Numbered from the whole stretch's first letter, positions 36,536 through 48,773 are shown. The stretch is 63,048 nucleotides of DNA, filler included, from Octopus bimaculoides (GCF_001194135.2; 5 parts of 4 records of this genome joined end to end with filler, not necessarily neighbours in it); one strand, 5' to 3'. Made by a program: numbers and translations. The notes: generated by a model from the sequence alone, not told the origin.

Positions 36536-38334
36536 ATATATGCAACAGATACTGAAAAATTCCTGAAGTAGATCCAGTGGCATTTATATCAATACTGTAG
36601 ATAACATCAGGTTGCTATAGACAGTGAAAGTGCTTTAATTGGCATAACTACTTATGTATATAATTATATATATATAAAATCACAGGTGATCTGAATGACT
36701 AGGTACACCAGGTAAGTGCTGTAATGGATTACTAGGACTCCAAAGTTATAACCGTGACAGTAGTTATGGAGCCATTGTAGATGTCTGATATAGTGAATAT
36801 ATAATTGTTGAAGAGGAAAACAAATGCTAAGGCAAGGCAAACATCATCATTATTGGAAAAAAATTCAGTCTTACAGCTGTTTGTGGGATATCCCAGAGTA
36901 TGGGATATTCCGTCATCATAGACAAATAGGGAAAATGAGAAGGGTATACATTAAGGAAATGATGACAGAGAGGACACGAGAGAAGGAATAAGGAGCTGAA
37001 AAAAGAGAAGAAGCAAGAGGCATAAAAGTTCACAGTTCAATTTTCTGATCATGTAGAAGTAAGTCTGTAAGTCCTTGGGTACAATCCTGTGTAAATCCAT
37101 GCAGGTTAAAGTCCTAATTGCGTAAATATCCAGAAATAGACGCAAATATATCAACGTCCAATAACAGAATGGTAGCGGAGGTGGCTATTAAGTGGTAAAG
37201 AGAAAGAAAAATAAATGAATAGAAAGAGAGGTATAGTGAGTGAGGGAGGAAATTAAGGATTGGTATTAAGGATAAAATAAGGTATATAAAAATATAGTGT
37301 TTAAGAATATAGTGTACAAAAATAACCAAGAAGATAAGTAAATAAATATATAAAGGTAAATAAGGAGAGAGGAGATAAAGTAAGATAATGTAAAAAGAAC
37401 AAAATAAACAAAATAAAGTAAAATGAAAGGAATTCAAAGAGAATAGGTGCAGTGGTATTCTTCTAGTCTATAGGGGTTGGAGAGGAAATCTAGTAGTAAG
37501 TGCTTGTTTCTGTTCTGGCTAAGGTCAGTGGCTAAAGAAATAGTTTTAGCAATGGAGTTATAGGTGTGTAGGTAGTTGTGAATGGAGAAACTATTTGAAA
37601 GTTAAATTATTTAGGAATAAGAGTTAGAATTAATTATTAGGGGATTTGTTAGGTTAAGGTAAGGATTTTTTCTGCAATATATGGATAGTTTATCCTGTTC
37701 TTGCTATTGTATTAGCATTATCATGCGTTTGAGAATAAATAACTTCTGTATCATAAATTAATGAATTACTATTTATCTTATAAAGTGATAAGGCAAGGTT
37801 GATAGAAGAGATATAGAGGGGTGTGTGTTAACAATCATGGCGGTTATCGTCGCTTCAAAATGACTGTTCTGTAGGAAACAACATTACTGCTATTTTTAAC
37901 CCCATCAGGATGACTCCTACAGCTGGTTATCAATGCAATCTGCACCCAAAATATATTGAGAGCAAGGGAGTGAATCCCCACCATCTTCTATTGACAATGG
38001 GACCACCAGACCATCTAGTTTTGAGCTATTTGTGCTCATACTCAGTGGTGGACACTTGTCCACAATTGATAGCAGTAGTTTTTTCCAGCTCACAATTTAT
38101 AAAAAATAAGTGACAACCAGTCACTGATTTTGCAACAAACAAAGCAGCTAGTAAGAAAATCTCTTTAAGAGATGAAAGTTGTAACTATACTGAGAACATA
38201 GTAACTTCAACATAGTATACTTCAACATAGTAACATTGGTTCCTACGGAACAGCCATATTGCAGTGGTGATAAACATTACTTCTCAGTTTAGTTACAACT
38301 TTCATCTCTTATAGAGGTTTTTTTTTACTTTGCT

Positions 38335-38381
<47 letters not shown>

Positions 38382-38481
38382 NNNNNNNNNNNNNNNNNNN
38401 NNNNNNNNNNNNNNNNNNNNNNNNNTTAATTAATTAANNNNNNNNNNNNNNNNNNNNNNNNNNNNNNNNNNNNNNNNNNNN

Positions 38482-38620
38482 AACAGATTGTTATTTTCCA
38501 GGTGCTTACTCAATCTCTGCGATATTATTGCAGTAAAGGCTTTGTAGATCGTAGGGAGACAGGTCTATAGTTTTGTGGTTTCTCCGTTTCCGTGGATTTG
38601 GGGATTAAGATGGTTTTCCC
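38482..38620 (-). mobile_element. R4/Dong-clade LINE RT fragment starting directly after (TAA)n
   Basis: The minus strand reads GKTILIPKSTETEKPQNYRPV-[fs]-TIYKAFTAIISQRLSKHLENN (start of an RT domain). The 5' end abuts the (TAA)n run at 38621-38686; the 3' side is cut by a gap. Confidence 0.7.
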
Positions 38621-38685
<65 letters not shown>

Positions 38686-40544
38686 TCACCGAGGCCGACT
38701 TTGCCTTTCATCCTTTCGGCATCTATAAAATAAGAACCAGTTGAATACTGGGGTCGCTCTAACGACCAGTCCCTTTCCACAAATTTCAGGCCATATGTCT
38801 ATATATCTGCTTCAATAAATCCTGTTAAACGTTAAAATGATGATGATGTTTTTGATGATACTATGCTCTTTAGTTTATTTTTTGGGGAGGGGGGATTTCA
38901 TTAAAAGAGGACCCCCTACTTTACTGTCTGTTGAGGAATCCTATGTGTGGGTCCTAAGGGACATTTTTCGTACGACAAAACTTTCACCATATCGTAAATT
39001 TTAACGTTGAAAATAATGGTTAGAAAACACAACCATATGAAGTCGTGGGATTCTTCTAACAGAGACAGTCAAAAGACACTGAATAGCGATGACTCCTCTT
39101 AACATAACCCAAGCATCTCCAGCTTGACTACCACCATTTGCAGTGATGGAAAAACAGGCAAATACAACAACGACAACAACAATTACAACTATAATACAAA
39201 CGTCACAAACACCAACAATAATAACAGCAGCAACAGGAACAATGATGCATCAAAGTTCACAGACTCTCAAGGCAAGCTGTGAGCAGAAGTGTAGGATAGG
39301 TTATATACGTTCTTGCGTGGAATATTTAAATCAGTCATCAGGTTTAGCGCCAATATATTTTCATTGGGTACCTTTAGCAAATACCCTTATTTTGTAATCA
39401 TTCAGATTAGATTTCTGATCTGACGATAGAAGTTTTTCCTTGTCTGTAATCAAAGAGACCCTATTCGAAAAGATCATAAATGCTGTCCCTCCTCACCCGA
39501 TCAACTCAGGGATTCTTAACCTGGATGATAGTAGCCCTTTGAGGCATTATGGGTTCAGAAAGAGGCAGCAAAAGTGCGCTTGACGCGAAGCGTTCAGAGA
39601 ACTTGTGATTTTTTTTGTAAGAAATATAGCAATCACGTTTAAAAAGTGTTTGTCGGGATAGAACATTGTTTATCACGAACAGAAGAATGACTGACGATGC
39701 ATCAAGGCCAATATGATTTTATTATATAAGTCCTCACCCTCTTTAGTACAGTACATCAAAAGTTTATCTCGGGGGGCACTAGTACACGCAGATATTAAAA
39801 AAAAAACTTATGTTGCATGGAATAATATAAGTAAATATGGATAAGAAATCACTGCAAAATTAGCTGTATGCTTAAAGTAATCTGATTTTTATTCTGAAAA
39901 CATAAAAAGCCATTCAATGCAGGAATTGTTGAGTTACAAAATGTTGTAAACCACTGAATTAAGTAATAAAAAAGAGATTAAAAAACACACGATAGGGTGT
40001 AGTATTTTAACAATGTACGTCTACAAGAGATACTATCACGAGAGGAATACTGCAGTTTTGAAGGCTTTCACTGATGTATTCCTTTTTAAGTATGATACAC
40101 AGATTGCTATTTTAAACTAATACTGCTTTCGTCTCTCATAACGAATTTTAACTGAGTCTGCCGGCCAGTTGCGACGTCACTGATTTTTTTGTTTTATTAT
40201 ATCTATAGCAGATGATTGTGTCTTAGCATGCGGTTGTCAGTGAATACTTGCTACTGACGAGGCCATGTGAGAAAGAAATATGTAATTAGCAATGCCACAC
40301 TGCTAATGATATATTTCTGTGTCTTTTTTTAACATTATACGCCCATAAGAGATGCTATTTGGAGATGAATACCGTAGTTTAGCAGGCTTTCAACAATGTA
40401 TCGGCTTTAAGTATGATACATAGATTGCTATTTTGAACTAATACTGTTTCTGTCACTTGTAAGGAATAATATTTTATGTTGGATAGGGGTGGCTGCATTT
40501 AAAGACATGAATTTGTGTTTCAGGTAGATGAACTATTTACTTAC

Positions 40545-40676
40545 CACCGAGCTTTCTCGTCCATTTTATACACAGTCCTTGTGGACATTCTTTCATTGAG
40601 ATGTTGTTCACGTTCACCGGATCAGCACAAGAACTGTTCACCATAGTTCCCATGCATTTATAACATGTTACAGGAC
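40545..40676 (-). CDS. Internal coding exon of a Ly6/uPAR (three-finger) quiver/sleepless-like protein
   Basis: Minus strand: pyrimidine-rich acceptor tttgttttgtttatttcag|GTCCTG and donor CTCGGTG|gtaagt; 132 nt, phase 1-1. Translation (G)PVTCYKCMGTMVNSSCADPVNVNNISMKECPQGLCIKWTRKLG(G) gives C-x2-C-x8-C-x13-C-x4-C with the CxDP and CxK motifs typical of QVR-like Ly6 domains, plus two N-glycosylation sequons (NSS, NIS). The family call is from motif recognition, not a database search. Confidence 0.85.
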
Positions 40677-40924
40677 CTGAAATAAACAAAACAAACGAAC
40701 ATGAAACAACCTTATATCTCTCTCCTAGTTCGTTACTTATATTTTCTACATACATATCCACGTGTGTCATCATATATACTCACGTTCATGCACAGATTTC
40801 TTGATATATTCAAACGCAAACATACGCGCGCGCGCAGAATGCACGAACACACACGTAAGCACATACACAGACTTACACCCACACACATACGTGCATGTAT
40901 GTTTGTTACCAGCTACGCCGGTAT

Positions 40925-41082
40925 AGGCACAGACGTGGATGTGTGGTAAGAATATTGCTTCCCAACCACGTAGTACTGAGCTCGGTCCCACTGCACAGCA
41001 CCTTGCGCAAGTGGCTTCTATTATAGCCCCAGACAACGAAAGCCTTGTGAGTGGATTTGGTAGATGAAAAATGAAAGAATGT

Positions 41083-41127
<45 letters not shown>

Positions 41128-41535
41128 CAATTCAAATAAACAAATAAACGAATACAAAATATGTAAAAAACAATAGAAGAACGAACGTGAGGACGTGCAC
41201 AAAAATGTATTAGCTTAACGTTCGGTGAAAGGAAAGAGTTTGACGTTTCGATCATGGCTCTTCGTCGGAAAGGAGAAAGAGGAAAGTCCAATGATGAAAC
41301 AGAAATCGCCAACAGCACACGTGTAGTTATATATAACTACACGTGTATGTATGTATGTGTATGTGTGTGTTTGTCCCAACTACTGCGTGACAACTGGTGT
41401 TGCTTTATTTACGTCCCCGTAACTTAGCAGTTTTGCAAAAAAAAAACGACAAGATAAGTACTGGGGTTGATCTGTTTCACTACACCCGTCAATGCGGTGC
41501 CCCACCATAGTTGCAGTCTAAAGACTGAAACAAGA
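40925..41535 (+). mobile_element. SINE family B split by an inserted repeat that carries hammerhead motif H3
   Basis: 5' half at 40925-41085 and 3' half at 41350-41535, with unrelated sequence at 41125-41330 inside the central microsatellite. Confidence 0.7.
41238..41272 (-). ncRNA. Degenerate minimal type I hammerhead motif (family H3)
   Basis: Minus: TTT-CCGACGA-A-GAGC-cat-GATC-GAAAC-GTC-AAAC. Palindromic ACGT stem III, GUC triplet, UUU/AAA stem I; U4C core change and one stem II mismatch. Confidence 0.55.
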
Positions 41536-42321
41536 AAATTACAAGCCTTTAGAAATAGTTTTGATGTTGAAAACAATGGAATACCAGAATGCAATTAGTG
41601 AAAAAAGCATTGAAAAAGTAAAGAAATATTAAAAAATTAATAATACAGCAAAGAAAAAACAATGGGGTTGAACCCTGAGCAGCTGTATAGACATTGTAAG
41701 CAAATGCTTTTTTATAGATTAGTTACAGCAAGAATTTATCTTTGAAACCATAACAGTACGAAATAATTTGGCAACAGGCTTGTTTGAAACAGTCGTGGTA
41801 AATTTGCTTCCGTTAGTGATGAGAAAATATATTATTCAAGCGAGGTAAAAGACAACGAAGAAATCTTTTAGAAATTACAAGAAAAAAAAATCCTCTGCCT
41901 ATCACTCTCTACCTAAATACCTATTTACCTACTCATCAAGTTTGTATGAACCATAATGAATCTAGTTATAAAAAGTACCAAACCACAAACAGACCATGGC
42001 AAAAGTTAACAGAATAACCTACTATAAGCTTCTTCAGCAGAGTTTATAGGCTTTTGCAGCCTTCCCACAATGCATAGCAAACATGATGTAATAGAGACAG
42101 ATTCCATTCTCCAAAATATCTATAGAATGTCGTAATATTCCTAGAATACATGGAAGCAGATCTAATGGACTGTAATTCGGCATTTTTCTTTCACGTATAG
42201 TTTGTGTACTTTGTTCACAGTCGGATTATTTTTGGCATATCCTGAGAACACTGAGATTTAGATAGAATGAAATATATTTCGCAGGGTATATTTGAGATCA
42301 TAACGTAAATTTGTTCCTGTC

Positions 42322-42361
<40 letters not shown>

Positions 42362-42655
42362 TTCATACACACACACACATAAATGAATACGTATATGTAT
42401 GTATGTTTATCTATATATACATATATAACTTTATATATACATACATACATACATACACGGACGCGCGCGCGCACGCACACACACACACATATATATATAT
42501 CCTTTATATACGAGATACAGTCAATGACGTCACAAACTGAATATAATTTATCTAAAATGACATCCTTTGAAATTTGTTACGATAGCTTTAATTGAATATA
42601 AACTTATCTAACGTTACAATCTGATTATTTTTATCACATATATGTATTTACACAC

Positions 42656-42688
<33 letters not shown>

Positions 42689-43142
42689 TTACAATACAAA
42701 GATATAGTAGAAAACTCAAGTCGCCACACAGTGAGACCGAATCCAAGTAGCTTCAAAAAATCTCCTTAACCACACTGCCATGCCAATTCACAAGAATAAG
42801 CGATGGAATAATGTTGTTTTTAAATGTCATTTGATGTAGATTCATACATGCATTGGCTATTTGTCCTGTTAAAACTCAAATGCTAATCAGAAAGTAATGC
42901 AAATAAAAGAATTGTATTACTTTCTGACTCAGCCTCGTATAAAAAAGTCAAAAGAGCTAAGATAGACATTATAGATAGACATAAATAATAAAGCACAAAC
43001 ATAACCTAAAGAAAAAACCCCAAACAAAATTAACTGAACGTAGAAGTATCGAATATGTTCAACTCATCTGAACGGTTCTCTGATTGATTGATTTATCATT
43101 CAAATTGCATACAGCACTTAAGCTGTCTTCTAAATTAATTTT

Positions 43143-43342
43143 TGACAGAATCGTTAGCACGCCGGGCAAAATGCTTCGCGGCATTTCGTCCATTTTCACG
43201 TTTTGAGTTCAAACTTCGCCGAGGTCAACTTTGCCTTTCATCCTTTCGGAGTCGATAAAATAAGTAACAGTTGAGTACTGGAGTCAATATAATCGACTAA
43301 CCACTCCCCCAAATTTCAGGCCTAGTGCTTATAGTAGAAAGG

Positions 43343-43343
<1 letters not shown>
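43143..43343 (+). mobile_element. SINE family A with a long (ATT)n tail (43344-43438)
   Basis: gacagaatcgttagcacgccgggc...ttgagttcaaacttcgccgaggtcaactttgcctttcatcctttcggagtcgataaaataagta...agaaaggattattatt. Confidence 0.9.
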
Positions 43344-43422
<79 letters not shown>

Positions 43423-44134
43423 CATTATTATTATTATTGAGTGAGAGAGCAGTGCATGCTATCAAAGTGTCCCTGGGGTAAAATATACGAAGCCCGTTAT
43501 ACCCATCATGACTACCTACGAGTAGAGATCAGAGTGCGAAGCTGCGCTACGTATTTGGAGGGCAATATCGTTGTTTTTGTTTTTGCTGTCGTTGATATAA
43601 TTCAGTGCCAGACCATCAGTGATCGAGCGGACCTATAACCAAAGACGTTCCAACAACAATCACCCAGCTTTTAATTCAGAAGCGACGCATCTTCTAGGAC
43701 TACATTATCCAGTGCCCCCACCCCTACTCCGCACCGTACTATTAAAATCATAACGTACAATTAAAATAATACGTTGTGATTTGAAAGAGATTTGGATGTT
43801 ATTTCTAGCAGGTCAACACACAATGTAGAGGCTCCCTTATTGGCACGACTGACAAGCCTGTTTGGCGTAAGGCCATAAAACTCTGAAAACCGAAACAGTA
43901 TCGTGTGTTTAGCTTTCAAAATGTTTGCCTTTACCCTAAGCTCGATAGCTACAAAGCAGCAAACAGCCTGCATGAAAAAGGCAGCATTTAACATCTGGAT
44001 ATTTAAATGCTGTCTGACATATAGGTTATTGTGTGTACTTATCATTGGTCGCACGAAAGCTATCAGGAATATCACTTAGTTAATTGAACTAATTGAGATA
44101 TATTACTCGCTTTTCATACAATCCAATATCACGT

Positions 44135-44830
44135 CACAATAAGAGAAAGAGGGAGTAGGGGGAGAGAATTAGAGAGAATTAGCAAGAGAGAGAGAGAGAA
44201 AGAGTGAGAGAGAGAAGGAGAAAGAAAGAGTTAGTGAGCAAGACAGCAAGGGAGAGAGAGAGGGGGAGAGAGAGAAGGGGAGAGAGAGTGGGGGAGAGAG
44301 ANNNNNNNNNNNNNNNNNNNNNNNNNNNNNNNGAAAGAGTTAGTGAGCAAGACAGCAAGGGAGAGAGAGAGGGGGAGAGAGAGAAGGGGAGAGAGAGTGG
44401 GGGAGAGAGAGAGAGAAAGAAAAGGTGAGAAGACCGAAGGAAAGAGTTAGAGAGCAGGGGAAGAGAGAACTTGATAGCAAAAAGAGGAGACAGAGGGAGA
44501 GAGGGAGGAAGAAAGAGTTAGAGAGCAAGAGAAAGAGAAGAAGAGACAGAGAGAAAGATTTTAGAGAGTAAGACAGAAAGTGAGGAAGAGAGAGAGAGAG
44601 ATTTGGAAAGTGAAAGACAGTTGGTGGAGGAAAAGGGAAAGAAAGTTTGAGAGCAAGAAAGAAAGAGAAGTAGAGAGCAAAACAAAGAGAAGGAAAAAGA
44701 GAGACAGAGAAAGGGAAAAAGAGAGAGATTTAGAGAGCATGAGAATGAAAGAGAGAGTTTGGGAGCAAGAGAGAAAGAGAGAGAGAAAGGGAAAGGGAAG
44801 GAGAAAGAGAGAGAGAGAGAGAGAGAGAGG
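44135..44830. repeat. ~700 bp polypurine (GA-rich) low-complexity tract
   Basis: Almost pure A/G on the plus strand, with a duplicated segment across the small gap at 44302-44332. Confidence 0.95.
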
Positions 44831-45760
44831 TGGGGAAGGGCAATGTAAAATAAAACAAAATAAAATCCACTTCCGATAAAAAAAATCTCCAAGTAAAATC
44901 AATTATATATCGGAAACCATAAAAACATACAAACGAAAGACAAGTTCAAGCACAAATAATGAAAATATCACCCCCATCCAAAAATAAAATAAAATAAAAA
45001 CAGCGCTGGTATTTAATACGACAAATTCCTGGCGATCTTTGAGATGTAAAGGTTTTTGACATTGATACGTATTTGTTCCTGTCACCATATAATAAGAACG
45101 ATAGCAATTAACTATCATTATTTATAAATGTCTTTTCATTGGCTTGATCGAATTGTATAGAATGTCAGCAATAATCACGCCACACCTGACATTTACCATC
45201 CATGTTTGTGTAGAAGGCTGAGACAATAAAGATGCACGAACATTAGTCTCAGATGTAAGCGGTTGGTACCTTGTTGCTACCGCTGATCGAAAAGATTTGT
45301 GTTGAAAGTAATTTCAGTCGTGACCATCCAGTATTTTACTTATATGCATAAACCAAGGACAACATTTTTTAAAACGGCCTAAAATATGGTAAAGTATGAT
45401 TCGAGGGAGATTTGGCTACAATTTCTACCAGGTCTAGACCACTAGAGTCTCTCTCTCGTTGGCTTGGCTTAGTTGCTGCGGCAAACCCAGTTGGTTATAC
45501 CTTGTTCTATAGCACTTGCTTTCATGCTAAAGGACTTAACATTAAAATACAGGGAACAAAAACCTTATGTATTGTTTAGTTCCAGCAAACCCGAGAAAAA
45601 ACATTCCAGCCTTGATCACTCCACTGTCTCTTTAGGGGTATCTATATCAACATTCTCTAATGTCTTTACACAAGGTTCTAGAGTATGACTCCGAGAGAAA
45701 TTTGATTGGTATTGCTGGTCAAGCAACTTAGTAGAGGCTCCATCTTTGGCCTATAACTTA

Positions 45761-45948
45761 CAAGGGGGTGCTGAAAAGTTCCTGGCTTTAAGAGTGTCAC
45801 GACAGGCCTGGTTGAGGGCTTAACCTTCCGAGTTCTTTTAAAGGGCTTAGAAAAACTGAAGGACTGCTGCAACAAGTGTGTGAATCTGAGAGGAGAATAT
45901 GCTGAATAAAATCATAATTAATTGATCCTCCTTTTCAACATCCCCTCG
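45761..45948 (+). mobile_element. mariner-derived MITE
   Basis: TA|CAAGGGGGTGCTGAAAAG ... CTTTTCAACATCCCCTCG|TA. It retains a mariner C-terminal remnant (GLEKLKDCCNKCVNLRGEYAE). A second copy is at 61902-62114. Confidence 0.85.
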
Positions 45949-46235
45949 TATTGCACTCAGCATTTTTTCCCGACAATGATTTCATTAAAACATTTGTTCA
46001 TTCCGTAATATGTAGAGTGTATTTCAAGGCAAATTCCTCTGATATTTTCCAGCACATCAACGAACATTGGTTGGCTTTACAGGAGGTTTTCAAAGTGACA
46101 TAAAGAGGACTATTTGACTTAGTTCAGAGCTACAACTGAACGCTTGCAGCAGAATGCAACCTATTTGTACAAATAATAATCCTTTGTCTTTGAATTGTAC
46201 GTCTTTCTCCTAGTAACAATAGACAATGTCTTCAT

Positions 46236-46495
46236 TTCTTAAACAAGGCCTGAAATTTTGGGAGGCGGGGGCTAGTCGATTGCATCAACCTTAGTATCCA
46301 ACGGATACTTATTTTATTGATCCCGAAAAGATGAAACATTAAGTTGACCTCGGTGAAATTTGAACTCAGAACGTAAAGCTAGAAGAAATACCATTAAGTA
46401 TTTTGTCCATAGTGTTAACGATCTGCCAGTTCACCGCCTTAAATAATAATGATAATAATCCTTTCTACTACAGGCACAAGGCCTGAAATGTGTGT

Positions 46496-46535
<40 letters not shown>

Positions 46536-46707
46536 GGGAGTAGTCGATTACATCGACCCCAGTGTTTCACTGGTACTTAATTTATCGACTCCGAAAGGAT
46601 GAAAAGCAAAGTCGAACTCGGCGGAGTTTGAAATCAGAACGTAGCGACGGGCGAAATACCGTTAAGCATTTCTCCCGGTGTGCTAACGATTCTGCCAGTT
46701 CGCCGTC

Positions 46708-46709
<2 letters not shown>
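46236..46709 (-). mobile_element. Two tandem SINE family A copies (46236-46440, 46459-46709) separated and followed by (AAT)n
   Basis: Both end in c(a/g)ccg(c/t)ctt followed by aataataat on the plus strand. The second copy carries a TG expansion. Confidence 0.9.
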
Positions 46710-46756
<47 letters not shown>

Positions 46757-47408
46757 NNNNNNNNNNNNNNNNNNNNNNNNNNNNNNNNNNNNNNNNNNNN
46801 TTAATTAATTAANNNNNNNNNNNNNNNNNNNNNNNNNNNNNNNNNNNNNNNNNNNNCCACTTCACATCACATTGACTGTAAGATATGATAGAATCGGAAT
46901 AGAAAAATAAAACCTTCAAAAAGGAAGAAAGAAAACTGTAGGTTTGGTTTCTTTGAATATCTTTCCTTGAATGACTGACAACACAGCAGGCAAATTTGTG
47001 CTAGAAACCTCTGTGCTCAGATCCTCGAGGCTGTAATGAACGGAAAAACTGGCTCGCGGACAAGAAGAAAATGATGGCACAATGGCATCAAGAACTAAAC
47101 AAAGAGGATTTTGGAGGAGTGTATGGCTGCAGCACGAGACCGCAGTGTGTGGCGAAGAAATGGGAATTGTGCTGATACCTCTGACCCTCAGTCATTAAGA
47201 TAGGAATATTCATTCATTCATTCATTCATTCATTCATATTTTGAAAATTCCTACTGATATGTCGTTGTCGTCGTTGTTGTTTGGCCCTTAGACCAGTGTT
47301 TCACAACCATTTTTTATCTATGGATCCCTTTGATTCGTATTTTACTCGGATGAACCCTCATAGCCATTCAGTGTTAAAAAAAAACATTTTCATAATAAAT
47401 GTTATTAG

Positions 47409-47796
47409 GTTGTTGTTGGCACTCCGTCGCTTCCGACGTCGAGGGTTCCGGTTGATCCTATCAACGGAACAGCCTGCTCGTGAAATTAACGTGCAAGTGG
47501 CTGAACACTCCACAGACACATGTACCCTTAACGTAATTCTAGGGGATTTTCAGCGTGACACAGTGTGACAAGGCTGACCTTTTGAAATACAGGCACAACA
47601 GAAGCAGGAAGAAAAAGTGAGAGAAAGTTGTGGTGAAAGAGTACAGCAGGGTTCGCAACCATCCCCTGCCGGAGCCTCGTGGAGCTTTTAGCTGTTTTCA
47701 CTCAATAAACACTCACAACGCCCGGTCTGGGTATCGAAACCGCGATCCTATGACCGCGAGTCCGCTGCCCTAACCACTGGGCCATTGCGCCTCCAC
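47409..47796 (-). mobile_element. Full-length tRNA-derived SINE family D
   Basis: Minus-strand head GTGGAGGCGCAATGGCCCAGTGGTTAGGGCAGCGGACTCGCGGTCATAGGATCGCGGTTTCGATACCCAGACC (A box TGGCCCAGTGG, B box GGTTTCGATACC); ends in (AAC)n. Not a standalone tRNA. Confidence 0.85.
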
Positions 47797-47896
47797 TATT
47801 AGGAATTATATATATATATAAAACAAAAATTGTTGAAATATTCTGTTAGAGTATAACGAATTTATTGTAGATAAATTTTAGTAACAAAATATTATA

Positions 47897-48000
47897 GTTC
47901 TATATTTAAGAGATGAGGAATTATTTACATTATTTACATTATCTACATTTGACGGATATTCGTCCTCATCTTGTTTGTTGTTAACACAACGTTTCGGCTG
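47897..48000 (-). mobile_element. Second copy of hammerhead repeat H1 (3' half; the rest is in a gap)
   Basis: Minus: CAGCC-GAAAC-GTT-GTGTT-aacaacaaacaagatgagga..., with an intact stem III palindrome AACGTT and stem I 3' arm. Confidence 0.75.
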
Positions 48001-48773
48001 NNNNNNNNNNNNNNNNNNNNNNNNNNNNNNNNNNNNNNNNNNNNNNNNNNNNNNNNNNNNNNNNNNNNNNNNNNNNNNNNNNNNNNNNNNNNNNNNNNNN
48101 NNNNNNNNNNNNNNNNNNNNNNNNNNNNNNNNNNNNNNNNNNNNNNNNNNNNNNNNNNNNNNNNNNNNNNNNNNNNNNNNNNNNNNNNNNNNNNNNNNNN
48201 NNNNNNNNNNNNNNNNNNNNNNNNNNNNNNNNNNNNNNNNNNNNNNNNNNNNNNNNNNNNNNNNNNNNNNNNNNNNNNNNNNNNNNNNNNNNNNNNNNNN
48301 NNNNNNNNNNNNNNNNNNNNNNNNNNNNNNNNNNNNNNNNNNNNNNNNNNNNNNNNNNNNNNNNNNNNNNNNNNNNNNNNNNNNNNNNNNNNNNNNNNNN
48401 NNNNNNNNNNNNNNNNNNNNNNNNNNNNNNNNNNNNNNNNNNNNNNNNNNNNNNNNNNNNNNNNNNNNNNNNNNNNNNNNNNNNNNNNNNNNNNNNNNNN
48501 NNNNNNNNNNNNNNNNNNNNNNNNNNNNNNNNNNNNNNNNNNNNNNNNNNNNNNNNNNNNNNNNNNNNNNNNNNNNNNNNNNNNNNNNNNNNNNNNNNNN
48601 NNNNNNNNNNNNNNNNNNNNNNNNNNNNNNNNNNNNNNNNNNNNNNNNNNNNNNNNNNNNNNNNNNNNNNNNNNNNNNNNNNNNNNNNNNNNNNNNNNNN
48701 NNNNNNNNNNNNNNNNNNNNNNNNNNNNNNNNNNNNNNNNNNNNNNNNNNNNNNNNNNNNNNNNNNNNNNNNN

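Noticed and set aside
47720-47796. tRNA gene
   Set aside because: The A and B boxes are present, but the sequence continues into a 390-bp SINE body that has a second copy at 16990; the acceptor stem is not closed.
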